Below, in pieces: positions 54,711 through 64,000 of a stretch of 64,000 nt of DNA. A program made the position numbers and the translations under genes. Position 1 is the first letter of the stretch. Each line of letters opens with the position of its first letter. The notes below the pieces were generated by a model, which made no database searches, was not told where the DNA came from, and saw only the letters and a list, made by a program, of their open reading frames with translations. This DNA is from Nitrosopumilaceae archaeon (GTDB lineage: Archaea; Thermoproteota; Nitrososphaeria; Nitrososphaerales; Nitrosopumilaceae): the NCBI GenBank assembly GCA_965214835.1, contig CBDCCK010000002.1, positions 2,304,001 through 2,368,000 of the forward strand, in the 5' to 3' direction.

Positions 54711-56349
54711 GACGCATCTGACGCCATCCTGGACGTCTCGCAGACCGTGAGCACGGGCCGGTCCACGTGGAGTGTCACGGGCCCCGACAGGATATTCGCG
54801 GGGCAGACCTTCGAGTATACCGTAACCCTCGAGGACGGGGCGAGGCCCAGGGAGGAGGCCCTTGCCGTGTACAGCGCTGCGCCGGATACGCGGTACCTCG
54901 GATGGCATGATCCCGATGCAGACTGCCAGACTATATTGTGCGCGGGGTTTCCCGAACAAAAGCACAACACGTACAAGATAGCCAGTGACGAGGACTCGCC
55001 GTATACTGCCATGCACAACAAGATGAAAAAGTCCAGATCCAGCCACACCATACTACTGCAGCCGGCAGCCGACGCGCCGGCGGGGGCGCAGGCCACAGTC
55101 GGCATGCTGGACGCCAGCTACAATCCTGTGGGAGGCATACCGGTAACGGTACTGCCGCCGTCCACGAGGACGGTAACGGACGGGGACACCACCTGGAGGA
55201 TCACGGGCCCCGACAGGATATTTCCGGGACAGACATTCGAGTATACCGTGACCCTTGATGGCACAAGGCACCAACACGACGCCCTTGCCATATACAGCGA
55301 CTCGCTTACGGTGGACGACTTTGGGGGACTCGCGGATGACTCTGCATGCGGCACGACCGTATGCACGGACTTTCCGGGGCAGCGGCGCCGCACGATGGAG
55401 CTTGACAACCACGCAGGCTCGGTATACGACGTGAGGTACCACACGATCAACGCGCCCGGCTCCCAGTATACGATACTGCTGAGGACCGCCGACGACGCAG
55501 ACGCGGGAGGCGCGTTCAGGGTAGGCCTGGTGGACGGGGACGGGATCCCCATTGGCGGCATACGGGTCACGATCGCCGATCCCGTGGCTGTAACGGGCCC
55601 CTATGAGGAGCTCGTGGCGGGCCTGTCCTTTGAGGGCAGCTTGGCAGATGCGACGGGGGACAACAACGGCACGGCGGCCACAGGGGATGCCACGTACGTG
55701 CCTGGCAGGATAGGCAGGGGGCTGCAGCTTGACAACTCCTCTCATGTAGTCCTTGCAGAAGAGGCCGACTTTGACTTTGGGCGGAGCGACCCGTTCAGCA
55801 TGGCGTTCTGGCTCAGGCAGGATGTGCCTCAGACTGCCAGGTCCATGATCCTCTCCAAGGCAGAGTCGTTTGGCCGTCCTGGCGCATACGTGTTTGTGTG
55901 GGACGGGGCGCCCAACAGGGTCCTGCTCCTGCTGTATGGAAACTCTTCTTTCATAAACGTGCACACACCGCAACACCTGAACATGTCAGACGGCGCCTGG
56001 CACCACATGGCATTCACGTACGACGGCTCGGGCGCCAAGGAGGGCCTCAACGTATACGTGGACGGCGAACACCGGGACTATGACCACTTCCGCAGGGGCG
56101 CGGGGCTGACAGGCAACATGACAAACGACCATGCGTTTACCATAGGGGCATCCGGCCTGGGGGAGCACGGCATATCCGATGCGGCACTTGACGAGCTGCG
56201 CGTGTACGATACCGAGCTGTTGGCCCGGCAGGTGCGGCTGCTGCATGCGGCAGGCCTAGGCTAGCCTGTGCGATCACGGTGGGCCCAGCCTGCGACAGGA
56301 GTTCGTACCGGCCGGTAAGGATTCTCAAAGTACTTCATGATCAGACACC

Positions 56350-56460
56350 CCTGCAAACGGACGATGACATTGAAGGATTTGTGACAAACTAGGAAGGCGA
56401 CGGGGTACGGCAAAAACGAGTGATCCTGCAAACGGACGATGACATTGAAGGATTTGTGAC
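56350..56460. repeat. 36-bp direct repeat pair with a 39-bp spacer
   Basis: CCTGCAAACGGACGATGACATTGAAGGATTTGTGAC at 56350 and 56425. Confidence 0.9.
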
Positions 56461-56695
56461 TGCCGGCATAATGCCCCACAGGCGGCACTGCCTGCCGGGG
56501 CCATACCGCGCGGAATGCGCGGCAGCAATCTTCTGGAGGCGATAGACTCTTGCCTCTTATCGTGTATTGCTGCGCAATACCTAAATCAGGCGTAAGGTTC
56601 AATCATCGGAACGCAAAAAGGATGTATCTTACTATCTAGGAATGAAAATCACAGTCGCATGTAAAACCGTGCCTGATTAGTTAAGGGGGAAAACT

Positions 56696-56720
56696 TCCAT
56701 ATCAAATTATTCTGGTTCCC
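56696..56720 (-). mobile_element. Isolated end of the IS110 element joined to a MITE terminus
   Basis: GGGGAAAA-CT-TCCATATCAAATTATTCTGGTTCCC, compare 60428-60462. Confidence 0.7.
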
Positions 56721-56785
56721 GGGGGGTACCGCTCAAATATTGGATCCTTGGTAGCAAAATTCATAACTGAATTACCAGAGCTAGA

Positions 56786-57019
56786 TCAGCTATGATCATG
56801 GGCGGTGGACATTCTATATTTTTTCAATAAAAACAATCCGACGATAAAAGGTATGAAGATAACAGCAAGTGTATAGCTTATAGACACGATGTTTCCAAGT
56901 GTGTCTGTTTGTTCTGTCATAATTACAAATGATGGGACGTACAATATTAATGAGATTGTGCCCATAATTCCATGTGCTATTAATGCATAACAGATTATTT
57001 TTAATTTTTTAGAGGACAT
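56786..57019 (-). CDS. Small two-TM membrane protein
   Basis: 77 aa, AT-rich, starts 14 bp after the restored upstream gene. Confidence 0.6.
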   Translation of the reverse strand: MSSKKLKIICYALIAHGIMGTISLILYVPSFVIMTEQTDTLGNIVSISYTLAVIFIPFIVGLFLLKKYRMSTAHDHS

Positions 57020-57033
57020 AGAAAAAAAGGGAG

Positions 57034-58092
57034 TTAGTTAAGATATATGTTCGATATGGTTGTGGAGAGCGTTGCACTATATGTGGCAGGAATATATGTG
57101 GTTCTTGTATATGTTTCACAGTCACCAGCATCAGAATGTGTGACTTCTTCGTCGTGATTAAAATGATATTGAGTCTGGCCAAAAATGTTTTTGGTGTTTC
57201 CATTAGAATTCACTTCGAAGTCAACACTGTTGTGATGTGTAGGGCTGTCAAGACATGTGATGGGGGTTGTCGCCTAATTCGCTAGAATCCCCGAAAACCG
57301 TTGAGATGCCATATGATCAGGCGTGCAAAAGGGCGGAAATTCAGAAAAACGTGCAGATTGGGTCAAATAAGTGGAATTAGGCGACAACCTCCATGTGATG
57401 GATTCATACGTGACGGTACCTCCACTTTGGCTAGCTATAAACCCCCATGAAGAAGTACTAGTGCCTTGATTCCAGCCATATGTTATCACTGGGAAAGGGA
57501 TTGTTGCAGGACCGTATCCGAAAAGAGGAATAGTCAATATTGATGTTCGCTTCAAAGCTAGATCTGTTTGATGAACATAATGTAAGGTTGAATTCTCATC
57601 ACTCATACTTACGTTCTTTGTTTTAGGCGTCTCCATTGCTGTTTTTGCAGCAAGTGCTCTTTCTTTCCAGTATTCCGGGTTTGCATCAAACCTATCTTTG
57701 GTTGTAACTCCATACTCTTCCAACTCAAAATATAGAGTCGTAAGTTCCATCTCAAGTGCTCGAATTACTTGCTCTGATTTGTTTTGTTCTTTTGCTAGGT
57801 TCACCTGTTTTTCAGCCTCAGCTATATTTACTACTTTATCAAATATGAATGCCTCATAGCCACCAAGTGTACCGATGAAAGATCTTAGTTTTTCAATACT
57901 TTGTACTTTCTGCGTGTCTGAATGTTCTTCTAGAGTCTTTAAAACCCATTCTTCATATGCGGTTAGTTTTCCTATATCGTCCATGTCTTGTTTTGCTTCC
58001 ACTGCTTGTATTCCTGAAAACATCATTATGGTAATCAGAGATGCGAACAGTATCGTTTTTGCGTTTTTTGCAATCATTGCCTGCCCTATCAT
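57034..58092 (-). pseudogene. Secreted protein interrupted by a MITE
   Basis: KTILFASLI signal peptide; removing the MITE and one duplication copy restores the frame YESITCLDSP...ISNIYLN. Confidence 0.8.
57263..57391. mobile_element. 129-bp MITE with a 9-bp duplication
   Basis: TIR GGGGTTGTCGCCTAATTC; CATGTGATG on both sides; ends resemble the IS at 60516. Confidence 0.9.
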
Positions 58093-58378
58093 TCTTCATT
58101 ATATAGGCAGCTATATCCTGATCTGGAGTGCCTTTTCTGAACGGCCTACGCAATGATGGCAGTGCCAGCATCTCCGGCTTGGCAGCAGCAGTGACAACCA
58201 GACGGGGGCATGTGGGAGCTGCTTTCCGCACGGTTGGATCCTGACAGGTGCGGCCGTTCTTCCTGCCTGCAGGCGTGATAGAAGAAACACATGCGCGACA
58301 GAATTCGCGCTTGCATAATGCCTGAACATCCAAGCGATATCCGGCATTACCGCATAATCACAACTACGATTACAATTC

Positions 58379-59522
58379 TATAATCCAAAAAGTAGTTCAC
58401 CCCTTCTCCGAGGGTCAAGTCGGTAAGGATCAGATGCACGGGCCTCATGCATGCCACTGGAAACAAGGGTGTGTGGGTCTGGCGCAAAAGGGCTGGTAAA
58501 TACGTCAGTCTTGCACGCCCCAACAACATGAATCTAAACAAGTCAGGCGTACAGTGGATAGTACGCCAAAAGCAAAAGGGAGACATGACAAACGCCCAGA
58601 TAGCCGAATCCATGAACGTCTCGGTCCGCTGGGTACAGAAACTGTGGGCCCGGCACAGGTCAGGCACCATACAGGACATATCGCACCCCGCACGGATGGG
58701 AAGGCCCCAGAACGGCATGCCCGGGCGCAGGGAGCACTCGGCGGTCCTCTCGGTGCGACCCTCCGAGCACCTGGGTGCGGCATCACTGCAGGATCTCATA
58801 AGGGAAAAGACCGGGATTAGTATCCCGCGACATACACTGCACGGCATGCTAAAGGACGAGGGGATGGCCAGAGACGAGCCCAACGGGCGCAGAAAACGCA
58901 GGTGGCTGCGCTGGGAGATGGAGTATTCCAACTCCATGTGGCACACCGACTGGAAGCAGATACACGGCGGAATGCACGACGGCAGGTGGTTTTTGTGCTA
59001 CGAGGACGACGCATCCCGGTTCGTGACCGGATACGGCATATTTGACAACGCGACTACAGAAAACGCCCTCAAGGTGCTTGACGGGGCCATGCAGAAGCAC
59101 GGCAGGCCCGCCTCCATAATGACGGACCACGGAAGCCAGTTCTATGCAAACGAAAAACAAGGCGCAAAGAGGGGGCACAGCGAGTTCGAGGAGAGCCTGG
59201 AGGCCCTAGGCATACGGCAGGTCCTTGCCGGGGTGCGCCACCCGCAGACAAACGGCAAGGTCGAGAGGCTGCACGGCGAGATACAGCGCAAGCTGCACGA
59301 GTTTGAGGATATCATGATGAGAACAAGCGATCCCATGGATCTATTCATGAAATGGTACAACTACGACAGGCCCCACATGTCCCTTGACCGGGAGAACCGG
59401 GAGACGCCGGCGCAGGCATATGAGCGCAAGATGCCTCCTGCGGGCGAAACGGTCATAGATGGGCAGACCAGGGAGGAATATCATGTCAGATAGGGGGGGT
59501 GAACTACTTTTCGGATCCCACA
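58379..59522 (+). mobile_element. IS481-family IS (transposase ORF to 59493)
   Basis: IR AAAAGTAGTTCACCCC / GGGGTGAACTACTTTT; WHTDW, EDDASR, TDHG, HPQTNGKVERL. Confidence 0.88.
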
Positions 59523-59557
59523 TCGCCTCCCGGCCAGCTCGTGGTTTATATAGTGAA

Positions 59558-60319
59558 ATGATTTTCGGATACCAGTGGTTCAAGCTAGTGTGCGGTGCGG
59601 CAAGCAGAAATGAGCGATTACAAAAAAAAAAAACAATCCCTGGCAAGCTAAAGTACTATTGCAAAAAGTGCGTCTCTGTTGCCACCACCCCGTGGCCACG
59701 TTCGGCTCAGTCGTTCTTGTATACGAAACTATTACGGTGGTATCTTCCTGCTAACGCAACAGTCGCACAGGTAAAGTCGGCAATACCGGATTTATTCGAA
59801 GGCAAATATTCCAGCGTCCTGTACATAGGTGCGAGTCACCTGAGACAACACTTTCTGGACGACTTTGTACGCATGTATGATCGTGTCGTAGTGCTTGAGA
59901 TCGATAAGAAAAACGCAGAATATGTCAGGCAGAAATTCGACCTGCCAGGAGTTACCGTGGTATGCGGTGACGTACGCAATACAGCGGACTTGACGGAGAG
60001 GGAATGGGGGGGCGGGCGGTTCGATGTATGCTTCTTTTACCACGGTTTGGAGCACCTGCCCAAGGAGGATGTCGCCGGCGTGCTAAACACGCTTGAATCC
60101 ATAACAGATCATATAATTGTGCTTGGAATGCCATACGGACATTATAAGCAGGATTCTGAATACGGGAACGTATACGAAAGACACCTTTGGGACATCTATC
60201 CGGGCGACATGCACCGGCTGGGATATCGAATCGACACGATGGGGGACGTAGACGACACCTTATCAAACATGATTGCTTGGAAGCGCACCGGCAAGAAGAC
60301 CTCTGGACTCAAAAAGTAG
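59558..60319 (+). CDS. Class I SAM-dependent methyltransferase-like protein (start uncertain)
   Basis: VLYIGAS, VVLEID, CGDVR, FDVCFFYHGLEHL. Confidence 0.7.
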   Translation: MIFGYQWFKLVCGAASRNERLQKKKTIPGKLKYYCKKCVSVATTPWPRSAQSFLYTKLLRWYLPANATVAQVKSAIPDLFEGKYSSVLYIGASHLRQHFLDDFVRMYDRVVVLEIDKKNAEYVRQKFDLPGVTVVCGDVRNTADLTEREWGGGRFDVCFFYHGLEHLPKEDVAGVLNTLESITDHIIVLGMPYGHYKQDSEYGNVYERHLWDIYPGDMHRLGYRIDTMGDVDDTLSNMIAWKRTGKKTSGLKK

Positions 60320-60351
60320 CCTGATGACGGTGTGGATCCCGTGCTTTCCTT

Positions 60352-60437
60352 GTAAGAGTTTACCCCTCCCCCAAGATACGACGTGGCAGGCGTGACCATG
60401 AAGGCTCCGGCCAGCAGTACCGCCTGAGGGGTAAACT
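60352..60437. mobile_element. IS66-type MITE whose right TIR is split by the IS110 element (last bases at 62152-62156)
   Basis: GTAAGAGTTTACCC...GGGGTAAACT|CATAC; body similar to 42660-42750. Confidence 0.8.
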
Positions 60438-60515
60438 CCCATATCAAATTATTCTGATTCCCTGCACGGGCCGCTGCGAGTGTGCGTTTCTCAGTCAGAC
60501 GTATTTACTAGACAC

Positions 60516-61713
60516 GGGGTTGTCCAAAAAATTTCCAAGAGGCTGCCATAATCTACCAGTCTGCCCCCGTATGTATGTAAATTCAGATGCAGAACGGGAC
60601 ATTTTCGGCCGGCCATGCGCAAAAGGCAACGTAAATATCCATGCGGGCCATACCTTACGGTAGTGCTGCGGTTCAACAACAGTACGGGTTATGATAAAAA
60701 ATTATACCGTAAGGTTGTAGCACAACACGCGAGCGAACAGCTCGACTGTAATGGTTCCGTCCAGTTTTGAGCGCAGGACGGATCCAGTCCTTTCCTTCAT
60801 TGCCGAGAACAGGGCCTCTACCTAGCTCCTCATGTGATAGGCGCGCCAGAACTCGTCTGGCCTGTCACGCAGCCACTGCAGCATCTTGGCCCGGGCACTG
60901 AACCCGCGGGGCTTTTCGTTTCCCTTTGCCGGCTTTATGGCAGGTCCGCGGCCGCTTTTTGCGATCAGCTCGCAGTTTTTGTACGAATCGTATGCCGAAT
61001 CCAGCGCCACTATGCCGTATCCTCCCTTTGGGATGCGGGAAAACATGCGGGCAAACTCCGGCGAGTCGGCCGATGTGCCAGGCGTGGCCTCAAATGACAG
61101 TATCCTGCCTCCTACTGCGCCTACTATGTGCAGCTTTGCAAAGTCGTGTCCTGTCATCTCCCCGTACTTGGCATGATGCCAGCTCTTGTACTTGCGGAGG
61201 CCAAACCCCGTCGAGTCACCATGCAGGTCCGCTATGCGCTCGCCGTCTGACATGGCCAGCACGACCTCGTCCATAAAGTCCTTGCCCATTTCCCAGAGCA
61301 TCTTCACCCTGTTGTGCAGGGTGGACTTGGAGAGTGTGTGGTCCAGGCCGCACCTCCTAAGATCGTCCGGATTTGTCTCCAGATGCGTGGCCATGATCCT
61401 GTAGGACAGGTGGTTCTCGATCCTGAGGATCGCAATGCGTATGGCAGACCATGCAAGTTTGGCATCGATTCCCGTTTTGTCCGCCATCTTCTTGGCCACC
61501 CTGCGCACGATCTTTCCCAGGTTCTTCCTTGCCCTCTTCTTGCGGGGGCTCTCCTGCCTGCGCTTTTGCTCGTAGAGTCGGTAATAACCTGTGTTCTTTC
61601 TGTCGTTACTCATTGAAATAGCCAGGATCGGCTGATCAAAATTGTTTTCGGCGTATTACGCCCATGATCTATAAGCTTAGCGGTCATTTTGAGGAAATTT
61701 TTTGGACAACCCC
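60516..61713 (-). mobile_element. IS5-like DDE IS; transposase 60822-61613 has a premature TAG
   Basis: 21-bp perfect TIR GGGGTTGTCCAAAAAATTTCC, 9-bp duplication ACTAGACAC; DSTG, KLH, DSAYD, RS*VEALFS. Confidence 0.88.
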
Positions 61714-61981
61714 ACTAGACACTCAATCATTTTATACTTTCTCTCCGTGAGATCTTTGTTCTGTGTGCGGTATTCGGTTTCATCAGCCAGCACGTGCCAG
61801 ATCACCTTTGCCAGCGTTCTGGCCACGACTGCCATCCTTGTTCCGTCGGCTGTGTTGGAAAACTCTGCCTGTTCCAGAATCCCTGCAGCCAGGTCCTTGA
61901 TGGCCGCTACACGCGTCTTCTTATGAACGTCTATTCCTATGTTGATCATTTTATCACCTCCTTTTTGATCAAAGTGTGTGT

Positions 61982-62100
61982 GCCCAACTGAACGGAAAAC
62001 TCCCATTCGCCCTCGATTATGTGGCATTTCGTTGTCCGCCTACTCTGAGCCAGTCTCTTACGCGCCCTCATATGTGGCAAGGTTACTTCGGCTCTTGGGC
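61982..62100 (-). ncRNA. Putative IS110 bridge RNA, copy 2
   Basis: Same three-stem, two-internal-loop fold as 81-196; differences fall only in loops. Confidence 0.72.
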
Positions 62101-62185
62101 CCAACACGGATAATATGGCGTCCGCTACAGATAAGATTTGATATAACGCCTCATACGATTTTTTTACTTTCGTATAGGATATGTG

Positions 62186-62400
62186 GTAACAGGATAGCCC
62201 CCAGCCAGAGTTGAAGTCATGTCCCCCCTTGCCGAACATCTTCTGCCCGCCGGAAGTCCGCAGTCCGAACCGTATCGTGCGAGCGATCACGCCGGGCCTC
62301 AGCGTGCGCTCGGCCAGGTTGTTGGTGGGATCCATCCCAAGATGCATCAGGAACGTGTAGAGAAACTCCGAGGCGTTCTCAAGCTTTGTGGCATAGCTGT
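62186..62400 (-). pseudogene. IS66 transposase C-terminal remnant with TIR
   Basis: KLENASEFLYTF...PTNNLAERTLRP; end GTAACAGGATAGCCCC. Confidence 0.75.
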
Positions 62401-62452
62401 TGGTGAGGACCCCGGGAAATGCCTGCCTGCCTGCCAGTATAAATAGGATCTG

Positions 62453-63569
62453 ATGATGTACAAGCGTATGGTGGTGGATTGGACGGCACTGCGCACGTGG
62501 TACTGGAACATCCGGCCGCACGACCATCGTGTGAAATGTCCCATATGCGGCCGTTCAAGACACGTCCAGAGGACGGATTTTAAAAAGCTCCCAAGGCACC
62601 CGGTGGCACACATGATTCTGCAAGGGAACAGGAAAAGCGCCCTTACATCCTTTCTCCGTGCCCCCCATGCAAGGGCAGGTTATGGCAGCCGAACCGGGAA
62701 CAGGAAAAGCGCCCTTACATCCTTTCTCCGTGTCCTGCCGGACTTTCTCATCATAGGAACAACCAAGTCGGCTACCACGTCGCTGTATGGTCTGATGTGC
62801 TCGCATCCACATGTGCTTCCTGCACGGGCCAAGGAGATAGGATACTTTGCCAGCACGTGGGCATACATGCACGGCCTGCAGTGGTACCGCACCCACTTTC
62901 CGACCGTACTGTACAAGCGCTATCTTGCATGGAGAACAGGTCGCAGGATGCTTACTGGTGAGGCCACCCCACAATACATGTTCTTCCCGGACGTGCCGGG
63001 CAGAGTCAAAGCCGTGCTTCCGGACGTCAGGATGATCGCCATCATGCGCAACCCCGTCGACCGCGCCTATTCGGAGTACAACATGCGGCTCAGAAAGGGG
63101 AAGGAGTCACTGACCTTTGAGGACGCAATATCTGTAGAGGGCAACAGGGTGTCGTATGAGCGGGAAAAGGCGGCATCGGATAGCAGATCCGACGGGTGTG
63201 ATCTTCACTTCTATCTGAGCAAGGGTCGCTATGCAGAGCAGCTGACTCGCTGGTACAAGTACTTTGACAGGAACCAGATCCTAGTCCTGACGACCGAGGA
63301 GCTGGGGGACGACAGGCAGGGCACGCTTGACAGGGTCTTTGGGTTTCTTGGACTGGAGCCGTTTGAGGTGGGGGGGGGAAACGGGCCGCCTGCCGAACCT
63401 GCCTTGGATGGGGAGGTACAAGTCCGAGCCGGGCGATCCCTTCAGGCTCAATGCGGGCAGCTACCCCCCGATGAGGCGCGACACGCGCAGGATGCTGGTT
63501 GACTATTTTCGTCCGCACAACGAGCGACTATATGATCTTTTGGGGCGCGGTCTTGACTGGGATCGGTGA
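62453..63569 (+). pseudogene. PAPS-dependent sulfotransferase, frameshifted at a G9 tract
   Basis: PDFLIIGTTKSATTSL, RNPVDRAYS; typical C-terminus YFRPHNERLYDLLG lies in another frame after 63370-63378. Confidence 0.85.
62624..62732. repeat. 37-bp direct repeat pair with a 35-bp spacer
   Basis: GGGAACAGGAAAAGCGCCCTTACATCCTTTCTCCGTG at 62624 and 62696. Confidence 0.9.
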
Positions 63570-63572
63570 CTG

Positions 63573-63644
63573 GTGCTGGGTACACAGTGCTGGGTACACA
63601 GTGCTGGGTACACAGTGCTGGGTACACAGTGCTGGGCACAGTGC
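63573..63644. repeat. 14-bp tandem repeat, about five copies
   Basis: GTGCTGGGTACACA units. Confidence 0.9.
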
Positions 63645-63678
63645 GCACCGTTAAAATCTGAACATTTTTTATCGAAAT

Positions 63679-63949
63679 AGGCACGATATGTCAAAATTAC
63701 AGTCCGTTTTTTATGGGTTGACTACAGCATTCCCAAAGTACAGCCAAGTGAAAAGTACCACAGATCTGGCGTCATGGAGTGGGGGTGCGGCCTATCCCAT
63801 GAGACAAACCGTCGCATCTCCCTGAATACCGGCATTGAATACCATCATGGATGCCGTGCTGCAACGCAAGACAGGCGGCCGGATCAAGGGAGGCTTGCTC
63901 TGTAGTGCGCACATCAAAAAACGGATCATAGTTTTGACATATCGTGCCT
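63679..63949. mobile_element. 271-bp IR-bounded IS remnant or MITE
   Basis: 18-bp perfect IR AGGCACGATATGTCAAAA. Confidence 0.6.
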
Positions 63950-64000
63950 GCTTTGGCAAGACATGATCCATTTTCAGCTGTGCGTACTATGGGTGTACGG

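Larger units (their letters stand above)
48786..56264 (+). pseudogene. Giant S8 subtilase with HYR repeats and a LamG-like domain, split by two IS630 elements
   Basis: Segments 48786-49454, 50555-50840 and 51949-56264 join in frame (about 1756 aa); HAT, AIGN, GTSFA motifs. Confidence 0.85.
60438..62149 (-). mobile_element. Internally deleted IS110-family element (~505 bp without the nested IS)
   Basis: CT at both junctions; subterminal IR ATATCAAAT/ATTTGATAT; ORF fuses the N-terminus MINIGIDVHKK to the C-terminus ARTLAKVIWHVL...LVNTSD. Confidence 0.8.

Noticed and set aside
53138-56246. Long antisense ORFs opposite the protease and other genes
   Set aside because: Shadow ORFs from codon bias, with no recognisable motifs
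28658-62732. Calling the repeat-spacer-repeat units canonical CRISPR arrays
   Set aside because: Each has only two repeats, the repeats differ between loci, and no leader or cas gene is visible; reported as integration scars instead

Overview
Archaeal DNA, most consistent with a Nitrosopumilaceae (ammonia-oxidising thaumarchaeote) chromosome. The serpin, giant HYR/LamG protease, heavy IS load and pseudogenes suggest a host-associated lineage such as a sponge symbiont (inference). About 2-33 kb is mostly housekeeping: trpEGDCBA, a bacterial-type RlmN, ilvD, aRF1, cbtBA, a phosphate/phosphonate ABC transporter, purP and a class III cyclase. About 25-28 kb and 33-64 kb hold nested IS66, IS110, IS630, IS481, IS5-like and ISH3 elements and MITEs around surface and glycan genes. 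Two signals stand out. (1) At five unrelated sites a 36-42 bp stretch of local sequence is exactly duplicated around a unique 34-39 bp insert. This is the geometry of CRISPR spacer integration, here inside ordinary genes, which suggests natural off-target Cas1-Cas2 integration. (2) A ~0.5 kb non-autonomous IS110 element carries a two-loop bridge-RNA-like structure whose guides match its own CT-core junctions and the terminal repeat of IS66 elements/MITEs, into which it has inserted. Also seen: a 4.7 kb segment bracketed by two MITEs with an 8-bp target duplication, and a ~1756-aa subtilase reassembled across two IS630 insertions next to a serpin. All calls were made by eye with no database searches.
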